In this document: positions 28,545 through 38,700 of the stretch, piece by piece
Layout of the letters: each line of letters begins with the position of its first letter
How positions within the stretch are numbered: position 1 is the first letter of the stretch
Source: an uncultured Mucilaginibacter sp.
GTDB taxonomy: Bacteria; Bacteroidota; Bacteroidia; Sphingobacteriales; Sphingobacteriaceae
Direction of reading: 5' to 3'
DNA: 64,000 bases
Assembly (NCBI GenBank): GCA_903866915.1
Contig: CAIPPO010000220.1
Location: 4,574 to 68,573 of the forward strand
Position numbers and translations under genes: made by a program
Notes under the pieces: model-generated
What the model saw: the letters and a program-made list of their open reading frames with translations, nothing else
Databases searched by the model: none
What the model was told of the DNA's origin: nothing

Positions 28545-28778
28545 CGAGACTTTCGGCAAGCAACCGATGGTGGAAAGAACAAACATGGTAAGCACTGCTA
28601 TTTAAAAAACCTGGAACAGAAAGCAAGTCGCCGTTGGATGTGCAAGGTACTTTGGGCATTTAAGGAAAGTTGAAACTGAGATTTTATAGCTTCCGGCAAC
28701 AAATGCCGGTTTTACGAGTTAATTATGCAATTAATACAACCCAATTGAACCAGCCCTTTAACGCTCATTCTGGCTAAA

Positions 28779-29408
28779 ATGATTAAAATACCCCTATTTT
28801 TACTACTATTCCTGAGTATTCCTGCAATAAGCTTTGCGCAATCAGGCTGGCAATTAGCCCGTACCGACGACGGCATTATGATATACACCCGGCGCATTCC
28901 ATCCGCAAAATTTAAAGAAGTAAAAGTCGATTTCGAGATAGACGCCACTGAAGACCAGCTCATTACTATCTTACAGGATATACCCAGGCATAATACCTGG
29001 AGTTACGGTACAAAACGAACCTATGTGATCAGCAAAAAAGGAAAGGATACTATCATTTATTATTCCGAAATAGCCCTACCCTGGCCCTTAAGCAATCGCG
29101 ACGCCGTGATACAGATCAGCTTTGCAAAAGATTCGGTAAATAATTTACTACACATACGAGCCAAAAGTGTAGCCGGTGTAATTCCTCAATACCCCGACCT
29201 GGTAAGAATACCTAGTTCACTGGCTACCTGGGACGTGACTGAATTGCCAAACAAAAAATTGAAAATTGAGTATATTTTGAGTGCCGACCCCGGGGGCGAT
29301 CTGCCTGGCTGGCTGGTTAACATGGGCGCTACCGTTGGTCCCAACAACTCGTTCCGGAAGCTGCGGGAACTAATAGCAAAAATGAATCACAGGAAAAAAA
29401 TTAATTAA
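28779..29408 (+). CDS. START-domain lipid-binding protein with signal peptide (paralogue of 1012-1659)
   Basis: WQL...DGIMIY, LPWPLSNRD, ADPGGDLPGWLVN motifs. Confidence 0.85.
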   Translation: MIKIPLFLLLFLSIPAISFAQSGWQLARTDDGIMIYTRRIPSAKFKEVKVDFEIDATEDQLITILQDIPRHNTWSYGTKRTYVISKKGKDTIIYYSEIALPWPLSNRDAVIQISFAKDSVNNLLHIRAKSVAGVIPQYPDLVRIPSSLATWDVTELPNKKLKIEYILSADPGGDLPGWLVNMGATVGPNNSFRKLRELIAKMNHRKKIN

Positions 29409-29487
29409 TATTTAATTATCCTTACAACCATACTTAATTTAAAACATTTTTTGGTTAATTTAGTTAAACTGCTAAAAAGGCTAAAAA

Positions 29488-29856
29488 ATGTCAAAGCGTA
29501 TTTTGATCATTGAGGATGACGAAGACATTTTACAGGTGTTGGAAACTGTACTTGTCCATAACGATTTTATCGTGAACGGTCTGGAACGCACCAACGATAT
29601 ACTTGAAGCTGTAGACCAATACGCACCCGATCTGGTTCTAACCGATTATCTGCTTTCAGGCACCAATGGCGGTAAGATTTGCCAGCAGATCAAAAGCAAC
29701 CCTAAAACTACCCATATACCGGTAATCTTGATCTCGGCTTATCCCGAACTGGCAATTTCTCTTGGGCATTTTGGATTTGATGCGTTCATCGCAAAACCAT
29801 TTGACATCCATGAGTTAGTCAATAAGATCAACGAATTCGTTAACAAATCCGAATAA
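29488..29856 (+). CDS. Single-domain response regulator (receiver)
   Basis: ILIIEDDED, PDLVLTDY (phospho-Asp), VILISA, FIAKPF. Confidence 0.9.
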   Translation: MSKRILIIEDDEDILQVLETVLVHNDFIVNGLERTNDILEAVDQYAPDLVLTDYLLSGTNGGKICQQIKSNPKTTHIPVILISAYPELAISLGHFGFDAFIAKPFDIHELVNKINEFVNKSE

Positions 29857-30088
29857 TCTCAAATTTCTGTCAAAATGCCAGTCAGTCCAGCTTAAATTAA
29901 TGCTTTGGTAACCGTTTATTTAATTTAATCTCTAATTTACAGTTTCAAAAAAATAACATTTTTAAACTATCATCGTTAGCATAATAACTGTAAACGCCGG
30001 CAAAATCAAATAATTAAATTTTCGCTCACCTGGCAAATTTGAATTGGAATATCGATGTACGGTTTATATCCAGGTGAAAAGCAATCGT

Positions 30089-32629
30089 ATGAGATACCCC
30101 TTTTTAGCACTTACCTTTCTTTTTCTGCCTTTATTTGCTTACTGCCAAAATACAATAGTGAGGGGCACTATTACCGATGCGAAAACCAACCAACCCTTGC
30201 CTTTTGTTACCGTAGGATTTCCGGGTACATCGATTGGGGTAACCAGTAATAATGATGGTAAATACCATATAGAAACCGGGAAGTCGTATACCCAGCTAAA
30301 ATTCAGTTTTGTGGGTTACAAACCGGTTTTACGTACCATAGTTGCTTATAAAGACCAGGTGATCAACGTTAAGCTGCAGCCCAATGTACAAGATCTGGCC
30401 ATTGTAACCATCCGGTCGGGACAGAAAAAACGATACCGTAACAAAGACAATCCCGCCGTTGAACTGATCAGGCAGGTTATAGCTCATAAAGATTCCAACC
30501 GATTGCAGAGTTATAATTTTACCGAGTACCAGCAATATGAAAAACTCCAGTTCTCTTTTATCAACGTCTCTGATAAATTCTTTAAAAGCAAACTAACCCA
30601 CAACTACAAATTCCTTTACGATAACCGCGACACAACGGCGCTGCCAGGCAAATCGCTTTTGCCGGTTTACCAGGAAGAGAAAACCACCCAAACTTTTTAC
30701 CGAAAAGAGCCGCAAAAAACAAAAAAGGTAGTAGTGGGCGAAAAAAAAGTGGATGTAGTAACTTTTGTTGACGAAGAGGGCGTTAACAGTTATTTGAACA
30801 GGATGTACAACGAGGTAGATATTTATTCAAACAATATCTTCCTGATGACCAATCAGTTCTTAAGCCCTATCTGCGATGCCGCCCCGACTTTCTATAAATT
30901 TTTCATTACAGATACCATCGAAGTTAATAACCAAAAACTGGTTGAACTAAGCTTTACCCCACGCAACGGCAATGATATGCTTTTTGAAGGCCTGATATTT
31001 GTTACGCTCGACGGCAAATACGCTGTTCAGAAAGCGCGACTGTCTATCAACAAAAATATCAACCTGAACTGGGTAAAGGATATGCAGATAGACCTTGATT
31101 ATGAACAAAACTCCGACAGTCGTTATCACCTGGCAAAAAGCGACATGAAGGCAAGCTTTGGTCTGTCAAAAAAAGGCGATAAGGGGATCTTTGGCGAACG
31201 CACCATAGCCTACAATCATTTCCTGATCAACACTCCCAGAGCCGATAGTGTCTATACCGGGCCCGACCAGGTTATACTACCCGGTGCCATGAACCGCAAT
31301 GAGGCATTTTGGGTAAGCAGCCGGGGACGCGATACGCTGACCGCTATTGAATCCAACGCATACAAAAACATAGATAGCCTGCAAACCATCCCCTCGTTCA
31401 AACACATGATGACTGCCATCAACCTGTTTGCGGTGGGATTTATACAGGATGGGCCGGTTGAGATAGGCCCATTCGGCACATTTTATAGTTATAACCCGGT
31501 AGAACGCTCGCGGGTAAAGTTTGCACTCAGAACCACCGATAATTTCAGCACCCGTTATTACCTTGATGCCTACGGCGCTTATGGTACTGGCGATAAGAAA
31601 TTTAAATACCTGCTGAGTGCAGCCTATTCGCTTAATCATCAATCGATCTATAAATTCCCGAATGATTATGTTAAGGTTTCAACCCAATACGATATCAAAA
31701 TACCCGGCGAGGAACTTGCCTTTGAGCAACCCGACCAGATCTACAATTCTTTTACCCGTGGAGTAAATAATAAATTCTTGTATAACCAGTTCTATAAAGT
31801 TGATTATGTACATGAACTGGAGAACCATTTTTCCTACTCTTTCGAGTTCAAAAGCTGGCAGCAAACACCGGCAGGATCGTTAAACTTCACCAATACGGTA
31901 AATGGCCTGGCGAATAGTGTCCCCAATATTATCACTTCAGAATTTGCTGTAGGTTTACGTTACGCGCCACATGAGCAGATATTTCAGGGGAAACTTTATC
32001 GTATAGACATCCCGAATAAATACCCCATTATCAGTTTAACCTACCAGCAGGATGTTAAAGGATTCTTGGGAGGTCAATACAATTACAAAAATTTAACCAG
32101 CCGTATTGACAAACGTTTTTACCTTTCGCAGCTAGGCTATGCTGATGTTACCGTTGAAGGAAACTACCTTTTCGGGCAGGTGCCTTTCCCGCTATTGGAT
32201 ATTCACCAGGCCAATCAAACCTATGCCTTCGACCTTGATTCCTACAACCTCATGAACTTTCTGGAATTTGTAAGCGATCATTATGCGGATGTGAAAGTTG
32301 ATTATGACCTGAATGGTTTCATATTAAACAAATTACCCTTGATCAAAAAACTCAAGTGGCGAGAAATAATATCCTTCAAAGTGCTTTACGGTGGATTGCG
32401 TGACGAGAATAATCCTGCTTTGCACACCAATTTACTGCAATTCCCGCTTAATCAGAACGGCATGCCACAAACCTTTACACTCGGCAGCAAACCCTATGTT
32501 GAAGGTGGTATAGGCATCGGCAATATTCTGAAAATATTCCGGGTCGATTTCATAGAACGCTTTACCTACCTGTCAAACCCCGGCATATCAAAATTTGGTG
32601 TTAGAGCAAGCGCCTGGTTTGACTTTTAA
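30089..32629 (+). CDS. Carboxypeptidase-regulatory-like domain plus DUF5686-type probable outer-membrane beta-barrel
   Basis: Signal peptide; GTITDAKTNQPLPFVTV domain; KDNPAVELIRQVI, NQFLSPI, YNPVE..RV motifs; C-terminal aromatic beta-signal (AWFDF). Start set at MRYPF. Confidence 0.82.
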   Translation: MRYPFLALTFLFLPLFAYCQNTIVRGTITDAKTNQPLPFVTVGFPGTSIGVTSNNDGKYHIETGKSYTQLKFSFVGYKPVLRTIVAYKDQVINVKLQPNVQDLAIVTIRSGQKKRYRNKDNPAVELIRQVIAHKDSNRLQSYNFTEYQQYEKLQFSFINVSDKFFKSKLTHNYKFLYDNRDTTALPGKSLLPVYQEEKTTQTFYRKEPQKTKKVVVGEKKVDVVTFVDEEGVNSYLNRMYNEVDIYSNNIFLMTNQFLSPICDAAPTFYKFFITDTIEVNNQKLVELSFTPRNGNDMLFEGLIFVTLDGKYAVQKARLSINKNINLNWVKDMQIDLDYEQNSDSRYHLAKSDMKASFGLSKKGDKGIFGERTIAYNHFLINTPRADSVYTGPDQVILPGAMNRNEAFWVSSRGRDTLTAIESNAYKNIDSLQTIPSFKHMMTAINLFAVGFIQDGPVEIGPFGTFYSYNPVERSRVKFALRTTDNFSTRYYLDAYGAYGTGDKKFKYLLSAAYSLNHQSIYKFPNDYVKVSTQYDIKIPGEELAFEQPDQIYNSFTRGVNNKFLYNQFYKVDYVHELENHFSYSFEFKSWQQTPAGSLNFTNTVNGLANSVPNIITSEFAVGLRYAPHEQIFQGKLYRIDIPNKYPIISLTYQQDVKGFLGGQYNYKNLTSRIDKRFYLSQLGYADVTVEGNYLFGQVPFPLLDIHQANQTYAFDLDSYNLMNFLEFVSDHYADVKVDYDLNGFILNKLPLIKKLKWREIISFKVLYGGLRDENNPALHTNLLQFPLNQNGMPQTFTLGSKPYVEGGIGIGNILKIFRVDFIERFTYLSNPGISKFGVRASAWFDF

Positions 32630-32709
32630 TTTGATTGTGTTCTGAAAACGCAGCTATCGGTATGCGCTGAAGTGATTTTTATCAGGCATTATCATTGTAA
32701 ATTAAAACA

Positions 32710-32743
32710 AAACAGCCCTGCAGGTAAATTTGCAGGGCTGTTT
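32710..32743. terminator. Bidirectional intrinsic terminator
   Basis: Perfect 13-bp stem AAACAGCCCTGCA/TGCAGGGCTGTTT between convergent genes. Confidence 0.85.
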
Positions 32744-32766
32744 ATTTATCAGGTTTTTTGTCCTGA

Positions 32767-35700
32767 TTACAATTTTACAAAACTACGTTCACCAACCAAT
32801 TTATCATTATTATCCATCACCTGCAGGATGTAAGTTCCCGGTAACAGGCTGCTCACATCATTCTGCCAGTTAGTTTGGGTGGTAGTTGCCGTTTTAACAA
32901 TAATACCTGTTGCATTTACGATTTTAATGCTGTATTGCGTGCTGCCAACGCTCGGCTGTGCTGCCAGGTTGCTACCAAGCGTGCCTCCGGGTGAATTACC
33001 CTTGATAGTAGACCCGGAACCATATGGAGGCGTAATTGCCAGGTTAATCTGCCCTTTAGATGGATTAGGGTAGAGCGCGATATTATTGGTCAGCGTGTTC
33101 GGGTTAGCATACATTAGTGTAACAATGTTTGAATAGGTAATTGTCCCGTTCAAATCCTGTATTTGAAGGCGGTACTGGTTAGCCGTAAATGGAGCAGTGT
33201 CCCACAAATTATAAGTGCCCACACCATTTGAAGGCAAGCCCCCAACTACAGTAAATGTGTTACCGCCATCGGTACTGCGCTGCAGGGTAAAATGGGTGTA
33301 ATTTTGTTCATTTTCTGTAAACCAGGTTAGCTTCGAGCCTTGAGCAGTTTTCACTCCTTCAAACTGAAGTAATTGCACTGCCAGTGCCGGATCTTGCCTT
33401 AATATTAATTCGAAACGGTTGGCACCCTGGCTTGCCGTATCCGAGGTTATATTGAATGCATAGGAAGAATCGCTTCGCATATCGAGTGAATCTTTTCTGA
33501 AATTATCCTTCAACCAAATTTTATAGATCTTTGGAACAGCTTGCATTTCGGAAAGATTAAGATGGTATATACCAGCAGCACGTGCCGAAATGTTTAACGG
33601 AATCACGGTTGTCTTCGTGCCGGGTAAATCCATTTTGTTGATCGCCAAACGAATGTGATCGCTTGAAAAGCTTGAAAGTCCTATTTTACCATTGCCCAAT
33701 TTATACGGAGCATCTTCGTTGTATGAAAAATTTGCACTGGCACCTGATACGAATCCAATGTACGTATCGTCTTTGTTCAGTGTATCCATTGCCATTTGCA
33801 GGCGGATATGTGGCTCAACATTTGGAACGCCCAGCGCAGCAATTTGCGATGGTGTGCTCATAAACAAGTTAAGACCAGTTAATTGCGCAGAAGTTTTTGC
33901 CGATTCATTGAACATTAACTGCGGATTACTATTTCCCGTAGCTAACACAATAAAACCCTCGCCACTCATAATATACCTGCGTCCGTGGTTAGTATAAACT
34001 CCACCTTTTTGGTAAGTATCATAATTTTGTGTAGCCGGGTTCAATTCGTAAACGGTTGTACTTACATTATTTTCATAAATACCGGTTGTTGTGCTGCCGT
34101 TATTCAATTGTTCCCAATCGATAGAACAGGCATAGGGGTTACCCACCATATTAAAGCCGCGTACCGTGAAATTAGTTCCTGTACCCGAACCTGTATAATT
34201 GAGTGAAGTAGAGCCAGGCGTATACCATTCAGAAACAATTACGTGGTTCTGGTTTAACGTGCCGGTTGCAGTCAGTGTAGCAGCTACCGGTGTTGTATAA
34301 GTAGTAGAAGTTTCGGTGGCGAGGGATGCAGAAGCTCTGTTGCCTCTAAAGAACCAAAGATACCCAACACCGGCTGGTATATTAAAGGTGCCGGAAGCTG
34401 ACTGACCGGTAACTCCATAGTTATACGCCGGTGAATTGTTAATGGCACTTAAACCCCAGAAGTTCCCGCTGATAAAAGTGGTGTTTGACGGAGTTTGATC
34501 CTCGCGGAAAAGGTAAATAGTAGGATTACCAGTTTTATCAAAACCACCACCGGCTGCGCCTGTAATGTAAACACTGTTTTGGATATAATTGATACTGGTT
34601 ACATTGTTACTGCCTACAGTTGCTGTGTATACCGGCGAGGAGTTTAAACGGTAACCCCGGTAGCCTGCTCCTCCGGTAATAAAACGCTGTACGTTAACAT
34701 TACCTGTGATGCTTGGCCCTGACATCGCCAGGATAGAAGCCGAACCGGTAGCGTCAGAATTGAGTGTCAGGTTCCCATTGGCAGCTAATATAGTAGCCGC
34801 ATTGGTGCCGCTCATGTTCAGCGTTCCCACATCAGCTACGTTCATCATACCACTGGCAATCGTTTTTGTTCCGATTCCGCTAAAAACAACATTGTAGAAA
34901 GTTGTACCGTTGCCGCCACCGGCAGCAATAGTTTGTGTAGTTCCATTGAAATTTACAGTCGGACTGCTTAAGCTAACATAGTTGCTTGCATCATTTGCCA
35001 ATGTATTGGTAAAGTTTCCTGTGATGTTGAGGTTACCAGATGCAACAGTTTTGATACCTGTTCCCGAAAAAGCAATGCTGTAATAACTTACACCCGAAGC
35101 AAGCCCGGTAATAGCATTTGTCGTGTAAACCGTTTGTGCCGCTCCCGAATATTGTATCGTAGCTCCGGCATTGTTAAATGTTACCGAGTTGGTGCCTGTA
35201 GCCGATAAGCCTGATAAGGCTGTAGCATTCGCTAAAGACAAAGTTCCACCAGTAACAGCGATTGTTGAAGTGGTACCGGCAGTATTGGTAGTCTGGAAGT
35301 AGCCTGTTAATGTAGTTGTACCGCCGGTAACATTAAAGGTCGAATTTTCGGTATAGGACCCCGGTTTTGAAGAGGTCAGTGCTATATTACCCGTCACATT
35401 AAAATTGGTGATTGACGATGACAAGATACTGGTATAGGCATAGGCATTGGCCGTATTTGAAATAATATTCAGGCTACCTGTATTGATGGTACCTGCGCCC
35501 GAAAGTGTTTGGGTATACCCGTTGCTTGAGCTTGCATCGCTCTGTATGGTAAGTGTTGTAATGCTCAATGACGCTCCGGTTTGCACAGCAATGCCACCGG
35601 CCTGGCCACCAAGGTTACCTATCTGAACCGTACCTACCGAAAGTGCTCCGTCGGCCGTTAGAACAGTTGGGAAGTTTGTAAATGCCCGGTTAACGCCAAT

Positions 35701-38700
35701 ATAGGCCGTTTCGCCTGCTACAGGAACGTGGTTACTAAGCCAATTGGTCGGCACATTCCAGTCGATGCTGGTAGTACCTACCCAGTCGTTAGACTGAATA
35801 CAGGATAACGTAACTGTAGTTGCTCCACTACCGGTAATATTATATGCAGTAATGGTATAAGTAGTAGGCGCGAAAGTCACCGTTGGGGTACCGGTAATCT
35901 GTCCGGTGGAAGTATTGAAACTTAAACCTGCGGGCAATGGTGAGCTGATATAATATCCACCTAATGCTGCGAATTCTTTAACGGTATTGTTTGTAAAATC
36001 TGATACGTACAAGTTACCATTACCGTCGGCTACGAAACCTTCCACGTCGTTAAATCCGTTGATAGTATTCAATAATACGCCGGTTGAACTGTAAATTTTA
36101 ACCTGGTTATTATGCGAGTCGGCAACGAAAACGTCACCTGAAGGATCACAGGCAATAGCCAGCGGATCCTGGTAACCCGTGCTGAATATTCCCTGGTAAA
36201 CACCAGCAGAATTATACTTGGTTACATAACCTTTATTTGAGCCTGCCTGGTCAAGAGACCGGTTCAAAACATAAATATTTCCTGCGCCGTCAACTGCTAC
36301 ACCATCCGACTCATCCATGTTTGCAATAGGAAGCGTTTGCAGCAAAGTACCAGTAGTATTGTATTTGGTCACCGAACTGGTATAAGGCGAACTATAATTA
36401 TACGTTGCGATATAGAGGTTGTTCGACGGATCGATGCTAATACCCAGGGGGTGACTTAATCCTGATACGATGGTGCCCAGGTAAGTTCCGGTTGGTCCGT
36501 ATTTATAGATCGCTCCTGCTCCCGTATCTTCCACATAACAGTTACCTGCCGAGTCGAATACGATACCTTCGGCATTGTTGATCGATTTGCCCGTAGTGTA
36601 AGTACCAAGGTAGGTATGTGCCGAATTCCAGCGACTTACAGTACCATTGTTATAATTAGCAACATAAATATTACCCGAAGCATCGATCCACATTAAGCTG
36701 GGTCCGCTCAGGGTTGCTCCAGTTAATGATACGCCTGTAGATGAATAAGAATAACCGCTAACCGCACCACCGGTATTGATGGGTGTCATGGTGGTCATCG
36801 GTGCGTTTAAGGGAAGCACAACGGTAGATGGTGAATAACTGATCACCGGTGCATGGGGGCTAACTGTTATAATAACTGAACAACTAGCACTGCCGGAACT
36901 ATTGGTAGCTTGAATCGTAAATGTTGTAGTCGCAAATACCGCCGTTGGCGTTCCTGAAATTACACCGGTAGAAGCATTTAGCGTCAACCCCGCTGGGAAC
37001 GATCCACCGGCTGTTACCGACCACGAAGATGAAGCACCGCCGGTATTTATTGGAGTTGCGGCAGTTATCGTAGTACCTACCGAATAACTAAGCGTATTAG
37101 GCGAATAGCTAATCACCGGTCCGTTGTTATTGATTGAAATCGTAATTGAGGCCGTACTGCTGCCGGTAGCGTTGGTTGCTGTAACTGTATACGACGCAGA
37201 AGCCTGAGTGGCAGTAGGTGTGCCGGAAATATTACCGGTAGCTGGATCAAACGACAAGCCTGCAGGCAATCCCGGACTAATAGACCAGGTAGTAACCGGT
37301 CCACCAGTATTGGTTGGCGACCAGGTTGTTATAGTTGCCCCAACAGAATAGGTATTGGATGCCGGTGTATAGCTGATGGCCGGAGCCGTCGGGTTTATCG
37401 TAATCGTAATGCCTGCTGTACCGCTACCTGCTGTATTGGTAGCAGTTACCGTATAGGAAGTGGTCGCCGAAATTGCTGTTGGTGCACCTGTAATATTACC
37501 GGTAGTTGGATCAAAACTTAGTCCTGCCGGCAAAGTCGGACTGATCGCCCAGCTGCTAGCTGCACCGCCTGTATTAACAGGAGACCAGGTAGCGATAGCT
37601 GTACCAGTAATAAAAGTATTGCTCGAAGGTGTATAGCTAATGATTGGCGGCGTCGGGTTTATGCAGCTCAGGGTAATATAAGCCGTACTGGTACCACCGC
37701 TGTTGTCAGCCGAAATACTGTAAGTAGTTACAGGTGAAGTACCTGTTGGTGTACCGGTAATCACCCCTGTCGAGGTATTAAAGATCAGACCGGCCGGCAG
37801 GGAAGGGCCGATAGACCAGCTTGTGCCCGCGCCACCTGTATTGGTTGGCGTTAATGCTGTAATGGCCGTTCCAACAGTGTAAACGTTAGTTGATGGCGTA
37901 TAACTAACAACCGGAGCTATATCATTTACGGTAATCGTAATCGTCGCTGTACCGCTGCCGGTTACGTTTGTGGCTGTTACCGTATAAGTAGTTGTGGCTG
38001 CTACGGCAGTAGGTGTGCCCGTAATAAGGCCGGTTGCGGTATTTAATGTTAACCCGGCAGGTAGCGATGGACTTACTGACCAGGTAACAGCTGCACCTCC
38101 CGTGTTAGTCGGCGACCAGGTTGTGATCGCAGTACCTACGATATAAGTGTTACTTGTTGGCGTATAACTTATGATTGGGGCCGGTGGATTTACAACAATA
38201 GTTACTGACGTGGTGCCGATACCACCTGCATTGGTGGCAGTTACAGTATAACTGGCCGATGCAGTAATTACTGTCGGTGTACCAATGATAACCCCGGTTG
38301 ATGTGTTAAATGAAAGTCCTGTTGGCAATGCCGGGCTGACCGACCAGGTCACTGCAGCACCGCCCGTATTACTCGGAGTCCAGGTTGCAATGGCTATACC
38401 TGCTACATCAGTATTGGATGCAGGGGTATAACTAATTACCGGCGCCGGCGGGTTAACTGTGATATTAATAGTAGTATTGCCGCTGCCTCCTGCATTAGTA
38501 GCCGTAACTGTATAAGAAGTTATCGTCGACGTAGCAGTTGGCGTACCGGTAATAGCACCCGTACCCGTGTTAAATACCAGGCCAGCTGGTAACCCTGGGC
38601 TTATACTGTAACTTACTACCGCACCGCCGGTATTGGTTGGCGTCCAGGTGCTGATCGCTACTCCAGTCGTGTAAATATTGGATGCTGGGGTATAGCTAAT

